Shown here one piece after another: positions 46,752 to 56,180 of a stretch of DNA of 64,000 nucleotides. The stretch spans positions 4,410-68,409 of IMG/VR virus record IMGVR_UViG_3300033067_001097, one strand, 5' to 3'. Under the pieces are notes generated by a model. That model ran no database searches. It was not told the DNA's origin and was given only the letters and a program-made list of their open reading frames with translations. Source of the DNA: a virus (lineage: Duplodnaviria > Caudoviricetes). The position numbers were made by a program, and so were the translations under genes. The stretch's first letter is position 1. Each line of letters opens with the position of its first letter.

Positions 46752-47162
46752 TTACAACTTGCAATGTTCCAGAAGTTCATCGTGCACGGGCAAGAGGCCG
46801 CTGCTTTGAACAAGTTCGGGAACTCCATTCGTTACAGCACCCTTGCTGAACAGAAGATTCCAAAGAGAATTTTCCAATTCAGGAAGGAACTTAATAACTT
46901 GATTGAGAATCAGCTTTGCATAAATCGGAAGTCCGGCATTAGCAACCAGCTTCTGAAGCAAAGCAGTCGTGTAGTCAATCAATTCCTTCGGGGCAGTTAG
47001 AGCATTTGCAGGCACATCAGTGCTGTCACCATTCGCGGCAACAACAGTGGTTCCAGGAATGAAATCCAGAACTGCTCGCAGCAAGGCTCCCAGATACTGG
47101 CTACCCAGTTTGGAAACCAAAGCTTCAACCACCATCATCAGCAATGCAGATACACTCATCAA
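46752..47162 (-). CDS. Hydrophobic membrane-associated protein
   Basis: Amphipathic Leu-rich helices. Confidence 0.6.
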   Translation of the reverse strand: MMSVSALLMMVVEALVSKLGSQYLGALLRAVLDFIPGTTVVAANGDSTDVPANALTAPKELIDYTTALLQKLVANAGLPIYAKLILNQVIKFLPELENSLWNLLFSKGAVTNGVPELVQSSGLLPVHDELLEHCKL

Positions 47163-47174
47163 ATCACCTTTTGT

Positions 47175-48194
47175 TTAAAAGTTCCAAGGAATATCAATAA
47201 TTCCTTGCTGGAGATCCCACAAAGGAAATCCAAAGACCACTGCCCAAGCACCAGTTTTACAAACGTAGTCTTGAGTTTCCCAATCTACGCCAAAGCAGTT
47301 ACCAGGGTGTCCAGCCAGCTTTGGGCCGTCTGGAGTTGTCCTTCCCCAGCTCTGCCAGTAACCAAATCCCTTTTGTCCATAATCAGCTTCACCTAACACA
47401 GACACTCGGGTTTGATAATGTTGCCAAGTTCCAGAAGGACGACAAAAACCTTTGCCATCCCGTTGCATTGTAAATCCTTGAGCATCAGCACCAATGCCAA
47501 TTCCACCAGCAGCAATACCGTCTGCTAACTCTTGTGCTGAAGTCACAGGAACCCATTCAGTACAGATATTATCTGCACCCAATTGAATAATCTTTGCTTG
47601 AATGTCTGGCAGCAGGCCAGCTCCAAGTTTGCAAGCAAGATCATCAGATCCTTCACCGTAATAGTTAAGATCGCCAATCTCTTCGCGGGTGACTTCCCCG
47701 TAAGCTTTCAGAGCTTCGGGAATAGCACCTTGAGCAACACCGTCATTCCGATCGTTATCCCACCGACCATTCAACATATTGTATTTCTTACGAGCAAGAA
47801 AGTACAATGCAGCGTGAGAAGCACGATGGAACTTTGCTCGTTTACCTGAAGCAATTAACACATGTTGAATAAAATCAATGGTTGCTGATCCAGCCCGGCC
47901 GCCGCACGATCCTCGTACTTGGTATTGAATTAACTCTTCTACCTTACTCCAATCATTACTGTTGTTTTTAAGAACAGCATTAATGTGGTTTACAGTTCCA
48001 CCTTGCCAACGTCCTTGCAAGTTTGGAAAGGCAGAATACAGGTTCGGCTTGCTGGCATAGAGATCCTTGATTTCAGTGCCGCCGTCGGGCTCTGGAGTAA
48101 CTCCAAAGTTCCAAATGTGATTGATGGGATCGTCCGGATCTCCACCCATTAATACTGATTTCCGTCCGCCCATCTGGGTAAAGTCAACACTCAT
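47175..48194 (-). CDS. Papain-like (C1) cysteine peptidase
   Basis: QVRGSCG, WQHYQ, WQSWG (Cys/His/Gln-for-Asn triad pattern). Confidence 0.65.
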   Translation of the reverse strand: MSVDFTQMGGRKSVLMGGDPDDPINHIWNFGVTPEPDGGTEIKDLYASKPNLYSAFPNLQGRWQGGTVNHINAVLKNNSNDWSKVEELIQYQVRGSCGGRAGSATIDFIQHVLIASGKRAKFHRASHAALYFLARKKYNMLNGRWDNDRNDGVAQGAIPEALKAYGEVTREEIGDLNYYGEGSDDLACKLGAGLLPDIQAKIIQLGADNICTEWVPVTSAQELADGIAAGGIGIGADAQGFTMQRDGKGFCRPSGTWQHYQTRVSVLGEADYGQKGFGYWQSWGRTTPDGPKLAGHPGNCFGVDWETQDYVCKTGAWAVVFGFPLWDLQQGIIDIPWNF

Positions 48195-48997
48195 TTTAGC
48201 ACCTCTTTCAGACCATCTGATATTTTCTGGAATTCAGTTTTGGCCTTTACTCGATCTGCAAACGACATTTGAATTGTCCCAGCTCCGACTGAAGGCAGAA
48301 CACTTTTCAAGTAAGTTTGCAGATAGGCTTTCAACTTAGGAACGTTCTTATCTCCATCTACTTTAAGCTCTTGTGCTTTCGCCTGCATTAAAATAAACAG
48401 ATCACCCCAAGTAGAAGCAGACTCAGATTGAAGTACAGCATAATCATACACTTCTTTTAGCTTTTCTGTCTTTACTGAATCCATTGCGTCTGCAACGTAT
48501 GCTGCCTTGATTCCGTCATAAAATGGATTTGACGGAGTCGGATCAGGTTTAGGATCCGGTTTGGGTTCTGGCTCTGTGTCTGGAAACACTTCCAAAGTCT
48601 TCGTTTGAGTGTCTTCTTCTTTAACATCACTTCCCTTTGGGACGATGAAAAGGGTTACAGTTCCCTTGGACAATCCTGTAATAAAAAATACATTCTTGCC
48701 TTTGAAATCTTTAAAGTCAGGCTCAGTATTCTTGGATCCCGCAAACAAACCAAATGCAGTCACTGGCGTACTTGGAGCTTGCTTGATCTTTACTAGCCCG
48801 GCAGGAGCTGCCATGACCAAGACAGGAACGTCTGAATCAATATAATATAAATATCCTTTATTTAACTTATTTGATTCAATCTTCAGTGGAGGAGCTGGCG
48901 GAACGATTGTGCATTCCGGCAATCGAATTGATTTCGGTTTCTCTTGGGCGTATCCTACGCTGCAAAGTAACATCAACACTAAAAAAGCCTTTTTCAC
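48191..48997 (-). CDS. Secreted protein with Pro-rich linker
   Basis: Signal peptide MKKAFLVLMLLCSVGYA; PEPKPDPKPDPTP. Confidence 0.65.
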   Translation of the reverse strand: MKKAFLVLMLLCSVGYAQEKPKSIRLPECTIVPPAPPLKIESNKLNKGYLYYIDSDVPVLVMAAPAGLVKIKQAPSTPVTAFGLFAGSKNTEPDFKDFKGKNVFFITGLSKGTVTLFIVPKGSDVKEEDTQTKTLEVFPDTEPEPKPDPKPDPTPSNPFYDGIKAAYVADAMDSVKTEKLKEVYDYAVLQSESASTWGDLFILMQAKAQELKVDGDKNVPKLKAYLQTYLKSVLPSVGAGTIQMSFADRVKAKTEFQKISDGLKEVLK

Positions 48998-49010
48998 AAA
49001 TCACCTTTAC

Positions 49011-49649
49011 TTAGTAATTGTCGGCTTCTGAGTACATGCTGCGAAGCCGTTGAACAGCAGGTTCTATTAGATTCAATTGCGTTTTTGTAAATTCAGCTTT
49101 GTAGCTAGCAATTGAAATGTAATAGAATATATTATCTTCACCATTTATGTGAAGAAAATACAGGACAGAAGACACTACGCCTTCTTGAATATGCATTGCT
49201 TTTAAAACAGATGTATCTTCCATGTCCTTTGTGATGTTGATCACTGCTTTCTTTTCTATAACATCAGCCAACATGTTATAGTAAGCACTGTCAACTTTTA
49301 ATCGAAAATTGTATTTATTATACAGATCTTCGTTGCTATTACGACTCCATGCGTAATCGCCACGAATAGTATATGGATATCCAATCTTTGGAATACCACC
49401 GCCGTTCTGACCACAAAAGATTATTACACGATCTACAAAGTCGTATCTTTCAAGCATCTGAATAGCATACGACCAACTGCCGAAAATCCTGAATCCTTCA
49501 GCTGTGTTCTTCTCAATTAGTTTTTGCTTCTTGATTCGCCACCAGGTTTTTAAGTAGTCTGCTCCGCCGCTCATGAACGTTGTTGCCAGAGTTCCCAAAC
49601 CACCTAGTAAGGCAACCCCAAGCAAGATTAGGGCTTCGTTCATGGTCAT
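49011..49649 (-). CDS. N-terminal TM protein with soluble domain
   Basis: ALILLGVALLGGLGTLAT. Confidence 0.6.
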   Translation of the reverse strand: MTMNEALILLGVALLGGLGTLATTFMSGGADYLKTWWRIKKQKLIEKNTAEGFRIFGSWSYAIQMLERYDFVDRVIIFCGQNGGGIPKIGYPYTIRGDYAWSRNSNEDLYNKYNFRLKVDSAYYNMLADVIEKKAVINITKDMEDTSVLKAMHIQEGVVSSVLYFLHINGEDNIFYYISIASYKAEFTKTQLNLIEPAVQRLRSMYSEADNY

Positions 49650-49651
49650 TT

Positions 49652-49972
49652 CTAATCTTCTCCAGATGGTAAAACTGCTAATGTATCGTCTTTATTAGTG
49701 TTTACCGTGTTTTTAATATAATCCACTTTCCTCTTCAGGATAGGACTCATCATGCCAGTCATTTGTTCCATTTTTTGCATGATTGGATTCCATCCCTGAA
49801 GCTTCGCCAATATCTGAAAATGATCCTCCGCACTACAACATTTAGCACTGTTGACTGTTTTTAATGTTTTTAGTAAATTCCTTAAAGTAATTATTGCAAT
49901 TGACAATAATACTAAAAGAATGACAGTTACTACGCACGCAAAAATCAACAGTGCTAAAGTTAAGTTTTCCAT
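49652..49972 (-). CDS. Single-TM protein (holin-like candidate)
   Basis: 29-residue hydrophobic N-terminus. Confidence 0.5.
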   Translation of the reverse strand: MENLTLALLIFACVVTVILLVLLSIAIITLRNLLKTLKTVNSAKCCSAEDHFQILAKLQGWNPIMQKMEQMTGMMSPILKRKVDYIKNTVNTNKDDTLAVLPSGED

Positions 49973-49982
49973 TGTAACACTC

Positions 49983-50285
49983 TTATGTGACTAAAAGTGT
50001 TCCTACGACACTGGCTCCACCAGCAGCAATCGTTACAATCAAAGCATTGTTTAACGTGCCGTGTAATCCTGCTGGAAAAGGAATGTGCCCAGGTCCACCA
50101 GCGATAATGTACCAGAAAGCAATGGTTGTACCAGAGCCGTCTTCTACTTTAATGCTTCCGCCAGTGGGAGCTGCTGAATACGAATAGCTAATATTGATGA
50201 TACTTCGTTCAATGAAAGCATCAGCAGCAATCGTAATAGATGCTGCTGCATTTGCCGTAGATTGAACAAAACGATTATTTGCCAT
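49983..50285 (-). CDS. Small putative structural protein
   Basis: Ala/Gly/Ile-rich beta protein. Confidence 0.55.
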   Translation of the reverse strand: MANNRFVQSTANAAASITIAADAFIERSIINISYSYSAAPTGGSIKVEDGSGTTIAFWYIIAGGPGHIPFPAGLHGTLNNALIVTIAAGGASVVGTLLVT

Positions 50286-50689
50286 TATGCACCACCAGCA
50301 GTCAGAGTAAAGGTATTGACATTGATAGTCTGGCCGTTTGCAATCGAAGTGTTATCGATCGTCATATCACCACCGCCGCCAGAAGCAGTAACAGTTCCTT
50401 GAATATGACAAGTAGTGTTAGTGGAATCCATAATGCGGAAGTACCCGGCAGTACCAGCGGCAGAACCTGTGCCAGTCCAAGTGCCAGACAGAGACTTCAC
50501 ACCAGCTGAAGAAGCTCCAATCCAGGTAGAAGGAAGGGATAAGGTGGCTAGCAAAGTACCAGAGGCGGCAGTAGCACAAGTCGCCGGGACAGTGCCCGTG
50601 TACAGAAGCAGCTTTGCAGAAGCTCCAATTGTAGTAGAAACTTGATCGTTAAATGCATTTCGAACAGTCGTAGAAAACTGGAAACTCAT
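50285..50689 (-). CDS. Fibre-associated structural protein
   Basis: LLLYTGTVPA...GTAGYFRI...IQGTV..GGGDM. Confidence 0.6.
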   Translation of the reverse strand: MSFQFSTTVRNAFNDQVSTTIGASAKLLLYTGTVPATCATAASGTLLATLSLPSTWIGASSAGVKSLSGTWTGTGSAAGTAGYFRIMDSTNTTCHIQGTVTASGGGGDMTIDNTSIANGQTINVNTFTLTAGGA

Positions 50690-50690
50690 A

Positions 50691-51620
50691 TTATACTCCT
50701 AAGTAAAAAACATAAACGTTTGTATCTGATCCAGTAGGTCCATTATGGATAAACCCACTACCGGATATTGGAACAACACCAGATCCAGCAGCTTGAATCA
50801 AAATGGATCCACTAGACGATCCTAAAATTGATACTACGCCAGATACAGTAATTGTATCAATAACTGTTGCAGTTGTGGAACCAGAAATTGGAACTGTGCC
50901 ATTAGCACTAGCATTTGAATTATTGCCAGTAGTTATTGACCCAGAACCAACAATTGGAACCACACCAGCTCCAGCCATTTGAGCCAAAAGGCTCATTGTG
51001 CCAGAACCAGTAATTGAGACAGTTCCCGCTCCAGCTGCCGTAGCAATCGCTGAAACTGTACCAGTGCCAGTGATTGCTACCGTTCCCGCACCTGCGGCAG
51101 TATCGATTGCTGAAGCTGTGCTGGCACCAGTAATGGAAACAGTGCCCGCTGCGATGGCATTCGAGTTGTTTCCAGTGGTGATCGTTCCAGTACCGGAAAT
51201 CGTGACTGTTCCGGCACCAGCAACAGTATCTACTGCCGAAGAACTAGATGCTCCTGTAATGGAAACAGTGCCTGCTCCAGCTGCCGTATCTTTAACAGAA
51301 GCAGTTCCTGCCCCAATGATCGAGACAGTTCCGGCACCAGCAACAGTATCTACTGCCGAAGAACTAGATGCTCCTGTAATGGAAACAGTGCCCGCTCCAG
51401 CCATCTGATCTTTAACAGATGCCGTACTAGCTCCAGCAATGGAAACTGTTCCGGCACTTGCGGCTGTGCATACTGCCGATAGTGTGCCAGCTCCAGCAAT
51501 GGAAACTGTTCCAGCACCAGCAGCTGTAGCTGCTCCGGTTACCGGCTTGACTTGCAGCAACGACGGAGCAGGCTTCAACTGAAGCCGTGTCGTCGTTGGT
51601 TTTACGAGCAAATCAGCCAT
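50691..51620 (-). CDS. Repeat-shaft fibre protein (~13 x 20-22 aa AGAGTVSITG repeats)
   Basis: Protein repeats; 65-bp perfect DNA duplication at 51208-51272 and 51328-51392. Confidence 0.7.
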   Translation of the reverse strand: MADLLVKPTTTRLQLKPAPSLLQVKPVTGAATAAGAGTVSIAGAGTLSAVCTAASAGTVSIAGASTASVKDQMAGAGTVSITGASSSSAVDTVAGAGTVSIIGAGTASVKDTAAGAGTVSITGASSSSAVDTVAGAGTVTISGTGTITTGNNSNAIAAGTVSITGASTASAIDTAAGAGTVAITGTGTVSAIATAAGAGTVSITGSGTMSLLAQMAGAGVVPIVGSGSITTGNNSNASANGTVPISGSTTATVIDTITVSGVVSILGSSSGSILIQAAGSGVVPISGSGFIHNGPTGSDTNVYVFYLGV

Positions 51621-51623
51621 TGA

Positions 51624-52133
51624 TTACACCTTTATAGGATCGCCTACGCCAGTGGCGATTGCTTGACCAAGGGTCTTCACAATCATCGATTGAGCTAAAC
51701 GAGTTAATTCATCAAACATCAAACCAGGATCAGTCGGCACTTGTTCGAACGTGATTCCGGTTCGCCGAGTAGTGAGATCAGTAACAAACTGATCTCGTGT
51801 AATACCCAACTTCATCATCAAGTAACCGAGGATTTCGGCGTGATCATTGATCGCGGTCCATTGCAGTTTCGCATCTGCTCGGTTCGCCATTGCCTCGTCG
51901 TTGTTAGACAACAGTGCTGCTTGAGCTGCTGCTGATCTATCAACCGCGATTTTCGCCGCGTCAACCTGTTGTTGTGTCACTGCGGCCAATTGTTCGGGCG
52001 TCGGCTGCGGAGCCTGGACTTTCCATTCCTTGATGTATGGCCCCGTACCCTGACCATCGTCTTGAATCAAATAATCATGAGGTTGGCTAGCGTTGGGAAA
52101 CAAGACGAATAACTGATCTTGTAGCAATGGCAT
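51624..52133 (-). CDS. XkdW-like fibre assembly protein
   Basis: YLIQDDGQGTGPYIKEWKVQAPQPT. Confidence 0.65.
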   Translation of the reverse strand: MPLLQDQLFVLFPNASQPHDYLIQDDGQGTGPYIKEWKVQAPQPTPEQLAAVTQQQVDAAKIAVDRSAAAQAALLSNNDEAMANRADAKLQWTAINDHAEILGYLMMKLGITRDQFVTDLTTRRTGITFEQVPTDPGLMFDELTRLAQSMIVKTLGQAIATGVGDPIKV

Positions 52134-53023
52134 TATGGTTGCTCCAAAACGGAGATCTGGTTTTCGTACGGAGACGAAACGTATAAGTTAACAGTTAAAC
52201 TTAAATAAGTCGAAAGAGTCAAATAGTCGCCAGTCGATACAGATCCTGTATGAGCACATTCGACCGAAAGATATGCACCAGATAATCCGTTTGCTGTCAC
52301 GTTTCTAACTTGGGTTCCATTAACATTCAATTTAGCTTGAATATTTGTAGCATTACTTGCCAACGAGGAATAACTTGCGGTTCCCAGCATCAAGTAAGTG
52401 CCGGGCCGAATAAAGGTAATTCCGAAATTCGTTGTTGTATCGGCCATTTGCCCGGTTGGGTCACTTACGGTCGTGTCCATGGGAATATTCAGAGCACCAG
52501 ATCCACCACTCAATGACGTTGCTCTTGCCATATTGCAGGACATAGGAATAGTATTATTTGCAATAGCATACCAATTAGATCCGTCGCAATACAGGATTGC
52601 CGATTCTTTTGCCCACATTTTTCGGGTCTGTCCGGACACAGAAAAGCCATAGATCGTTACACCTGAGCCCGCGTCCAGGGTGACGAGTTTTGTCAGTGCT
52701 GGCGACATTCGGAAGGCGATCAACTTGCCCGCGTTGCCCGAGACTGAGGGCAATGTCACCGTGTAGTTGGCGGACGTTCCAGAGCAGACGTGCAGCTTAC
52801 TTAATGTTGCCGTCGCAGTGGTAGTGATCGAGACTTCGGTATTGGCCAACGATGACAAGAGATCAAACAATGGGTTTAGTTTGAAGTCTGAGATCAGGAT
52901 CTTCTTCTGCGTTCCAAGAACGGTATCCGTATTGTCCGTAGGATCCCACGCCAGCATCAACGCCGTACTGGGTAACGTCGTAATGCTGGCAATGGAAGCG
53001 TCGTTCATGTAAATATCGGCCAT
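52133..53023 (-). CDS. Fibre/receptor-binding-like protein with C1q-like C-terminus
   Basis: NYTVTLPS, LYCDGSNW, ITFIRPGTYLM..ASY. Confidence 0.62.
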   Translation of the reverse strand: MADIYMNDASIASITTLPSTALMLAWDPTDNTDTVLGTQKKILISDFKLNPLFDLLSSLANTEVSITTTATATLSKLHVCSGTSANYTVTLPSVSGNAGKLIAFRMSPALTKLVTLDAGSGVTIYGFSVSGQTRKMWAKESAILYCDGSNWYAIANNTIPMSCNMARATSLSGGSGALNIPMDTTVSDPTGQMADTTTNFGITFIRPGTYLMLGTASYSSLASNATNIQAKLNVNGTQVRNVTANGLSGAYLSVECAHTGSVSTGDYLTLSTYLSLTVNLYVSSPYENQISVLEQP

Positions 53024-53033
53024 TTATTTTCTC

Positions 53034-53414
53034 TTATTTATTTACACCTAGTAATGAAAATTGCAACATTGCTCCTCCTGCAACACTACTAATTACAAGT
53101 TGAATCACAGAACCAACATGTAAATCATAATTAATATTTATATTTTGAGGAGTAGTAGTCACAGTAACATTACTTCCAATTACTAAATTTCCATCAACCA
53201 TAATGGAAACACTGACTGTGCCTGATGCGGTTTGTAAATTCCTAATGGCGGTTAAAGATCCAGCACGACTTACATAAGCTCGTAATGGTATTGTTTCAAT
53301 TACTGGAGTAGGAGCAGCTACGCTTATCTCAAAGCCATTAGAAATAGGTCCTTTAACTAACGTAGTTACGTTTAATTTAGGAGCCAATTTCAAATAAAGG
53401 CTATTGTTACTCAT
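53034..53414 (-). CDS. Putative structural protein
   Basis: Beta-rich composition; position. Confidence 0.5.
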   Translation of the reverse strand: MSNNSLYLKLAPKLNVTTLVKGPISNGFEISVAAPTPVIETIPLRAYVSRAGSLTAIRNLQTASGTVSVSIMVDGNLVIGSNVTVTTTPQNININYDLHVGSVIQLVISSVAGGAMLQFSLLGVNK

Positions 53415-53818
53415 GGTGTTATTTTCTCAAACACGGTGAATATACCGGGCGGACCGTCTTTAGGACGACGATCTACAGTCCCATCTGGGAAAGCTATTTT
53501 CATATCCCAGAAATAGTTGATCGAGTCATCGGCTTGCATAGCATCAGCTTGAACAATAGACCAATTTAGGTTAATGATTCCATTAGTTGGAGTAGGGACA
53601 GTCAGCCCTGAACCAACTGTCAAATCCATCATTAACTGTCCTGTTGGACTTGGATTTCCGTTTACATCACCTTGTCTCACTTGAAATTCAAGCGTAGCTC
53701 CGGTGAGATCTACTGGAGTAGTTCCATCCCCTTGATAGAGGATGAAAGAATACCAAGAAGAAGTTCCACGTTTGCAAATAAGAATATCTTCTTGCCTTGG
53801 ATTCCAATTGATCGGCAT
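53411..53818 (-). CDS. BppU N-terminal-like domain protein
   Basis: KRGTS...TPVDLTGATLEFQVR...WDMKI. Confidence 0.65.
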   Translation of the reverse strand: MPINWNPRQEDILICKRGTSSWYSFILYQGDGTTPVDLTGATLEFQVRQGDVNGNPSPTGQLMMDLTVGSGLTVPTPTNGIINLNWSIVQADAMQADDSINYFWDMKIAFPDGTVDRRPKDGPPGIFTVFEKITP

Positions 53819-55368
53819 TAAGATACTCCTGGATTAGAACTTGTTCCGGGGTTTGCTGCACCCTTTTGCAATGGATCTTTTTCTGGTATGGTCAAAGCAC
53901 TTAAGAAAGATTTATCCTTTTTATGTTCTTCAATGTAAGCCAGCCGAGATCCTTCAATGGCTTGAGCGACTGGTAAGGTAAATCCTAATACTGTAGTAAG
54001 ATATTCTAAAGGCGGCAGTAAAGTATCGCAACCACCTTTAATATAAGCCATCATAGCTTGCGACTGCTTCAAGGCAATATCTGCTTTATCCATATCCGTC
54101 AGATTGTTTAAATCATTCCAATCTGAAAAGAATTTTTTAATTCTTGGAAGGATGCATAGGTCTTGAAACCGTTTAAGAACGGGACGCACGATCACTGGAT
54201 TACATCGAATTTTCTGCCGTCCAGTCACCCGGCCAATCCAGGTAGTACGGTCCTGGGAAGATGCCAAGTGGCCAGATTCAGAACCCATGTAAATCCGGTA
54301 GGGGACACCAAGAACACTTGCCACCATCTTCAACTGATCTTCCAAGTGGGCAGTAGCAATTGCAATTTGCGGAGTCAGAGGCTCGATTTCCATGTCTTGC
54401 AAAGCAATGTAGCGTTTCAGATCATTCTGATAATCATACATTTCCTTGGAAATTGAATCTTTATCTAAGGCAATTGAAGTCATGCCTGTTGGATCAGGGA
54501 TTGTCTTCAAGGCATAGCCTGGAAAGGCTCCCTTGTAGAACATTTCCGCAGAGCTGTGGATTACCTTCCGGGCAGACTGAAGATACTGGAATACGTTCTG
54601 CACACGCGGATTAGCGTAGATTTCCGCTGCTACTCCACCAATCGAATCACTTGGCACGTGGACGATTCTAGTCCAGTGTACATTTAAGTAATTGATAGTT
54701 GTATAGTTAACATCCATGGGGTTGTAGAGTAGAACCCGGTACATCTCCGGCTGTCCGAACCTTGGAGAAGTCGGATCAGTATTCAACTTCATAATCTTCA
54801 GCTCAGTTTCATCTAAAGCTCGAAGATACAAAATATCATATTCTTTCTTAACTCCATCGTAAGGAACCCCAGTGACAGGATCCATTGTGTCTACTGGCTC
54901 TGAAGGATCTTTCCCATCATCCAGGCCAATCAACAAGCCGCCGTAATGACCAATGCCAGACTTAACGTCTAGTTTGTGAAAGTAGGCTGAAATAGAATGA
55001 CGTTCATTTAAATCATTATAACGTTTTTCAAATGAAGTATTGTATTGTTTTTGTGTTTCATAGATCTCCGGTGGCTCTGCCCAGCATTCATCAGGGAATA
55101 CAGAGATCGCTCGCGTAGTCGCACCGTCAAAATCAAAATATTTTTTGTAATCATTAACTGTTGGCTTTAAGATAAAATGACATTGACTTTCCAAGTCTCG
55201 ACGAGTTAGAAAGTCTAAACCAGAACGTGCGAACATTAACCGGCTAGTTAAGCCAGCAATGGTCATTTCATCATTTACTATTCGTTGAATTTTAACTCTA
55301 TCGCTCATGGTAAAACCTTCCCAATTATGACTCTTTCGATTATACTTCCGATGTCCGGAGTCTTCCAT
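53818..55368 (-). CDS. Portal protein (DUF1073-like); probable start 55308
   Basis: AISVFPDECW, GHYGGLLIGLDD, VHWTRIVH, GVPYRIYMGSE. Confidence 0.85.
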   Translation of the reverse strand: MEDSGHRKYNRKSHNWEGFTMSDRVKIQRIVNDEMTIAGLTSRLMFARSGLDFLTRRDLESQCHFILKPTVNDYKKYFDFDGATTRAISVFPDECWAEPPEIYETQKQYNTSFEKRYNDLNERHSISAYFHKLDVKSGIGHYGGLLIGLDDGKDPSEPVDTMDPVTGVPYDGVKKEYDILYLRALDETELKIMKLNTDPTSPRFGQPEMYRVLLYNPMDVNYTTINYLNVHWTRIVHVPSDSIGGVAAEIYANPRVQNVFQYLQSARKVIHSSAEMFYKGAFPGYALKTIPDPTGMTSIALDKDSISKEMYDYQNDLKRYIALQDMEIEPLTPQIAIATAHLEDQLKMVASVLGVPYRIYMGSESGHLASSQDRTTWIGRVTGRQKIRCNPVIVRPVLKRFQDLCILPRIKKFFSDWNDLNNLTDMDKADIALKQSQAMMAYIKGGCDTLLPPLEYLTTVLGFTLPVAQAIEGSRLAYIEEHKKDKSFLSALTIPEKDPLQKGAANPGTSSNPGVS

Positions 55369-55391
55369 ACCTATTTGTCAAGAGTGAATTT

Positions 55392-56180
55392 ATGGAACCA
55401 ATAAAAGTAGCAAAACGACAAAAACTTACTCAAGAAGAGAAATTTATTGTTTACGATATGGCCAAAGAAGGAACATCCAGTTCGAACATTTTAAGAGCCC
55501 TTGCTTTAAAAAACATCCACAAACAAAAAATAAAAGAAGAAATATTAAAAATCATAAAGATTGCTAACAAAAATAAAAGTAAGCAAGCAGAAGAAAAAAA
55601 TCCTTTGACTGATTTTGTAATTGGTAATCTTTCTGAAAAAACAAGAAACATGTTCCTGATTCTCAAAGACAACATTGAAGGAGCTGATGGAAAGATTGGA
55701 TGTGCAGAAGCCATTGACTTCGTTCTTCAGGGACAGCCCAAAGAGATTCGTCAAAAGTTATTTCTTCAAGCTTTGGTTGATTCGTGCTTCAACGTCAACT
55801 ATGCTAGGAAGATGATTAATTTGTCTTCTGCTCAGTTATCAATATGGAAAAAGGATCCAGAATTTTTAAAGATGATTAATGAATTGCAGATGTATAAAAA
55901 GAATTTTTACGAGTCTAAGTTAATCAAACTTGTGGATATGGGTGATAGTGCGGCTACGATCTTCGCCAACAAGACTTTCAACCGAGATCTCGGCTATGGT
56001 GATCGTGTTGACGTTAAACACACTCACGAACACAAGCATTTAAATATTGATAATTTAAATATTTCTCTGAAAGCTAAAAAAGAACTTCTTGCGGCTATTC
56101 AGAACAAAAACACTCCAGCTTTAAAAGCTGCTAACGATGAAGTAATCGAAGGGGAGATTGAAGATGTTTCTAATGGATGA
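55392..56180 (+). CDS. terS: Terminase small subunit
   Basis: HTH-like segment then D..ATIFANKT...YGDRVDV; directly upstream of terL. Confidence 0.7.
   Translation: MEPIKVAKRQKLTQEEKFIVYDMAKEGTSSSNILRALALKNIHKQKIKEEILKIIKIANKNKSKQAEEKNPLTDFVIGNLSEKTRNMFLILKDNIEGADGKIGCAEAIDFVLQGQPKEIRQKLFLQALVDSCFNVNYARKMINLSSAQLSIWKKDPEFLKMINELQMYKKNFYESKLIKLVDMGDSAATIFANKTFNRDLGYGDRVDVKHTHEHKHLNIDNLNISLKAKKELLAAIQNKNTPALKAANDEVIEGEIEDVSNG

Noticed and set aside
34669-49008. Recurrent AAAAGGTGATTT upstream of late genes as a special regulatory motif
   Set aside because: Explained by ordinary pairing to the extended anti-Shine-Dalgarno (GGTGA).
50998-51408. Antisense repeat ORF
   Set aside because: Mirror of the fibre repeats.
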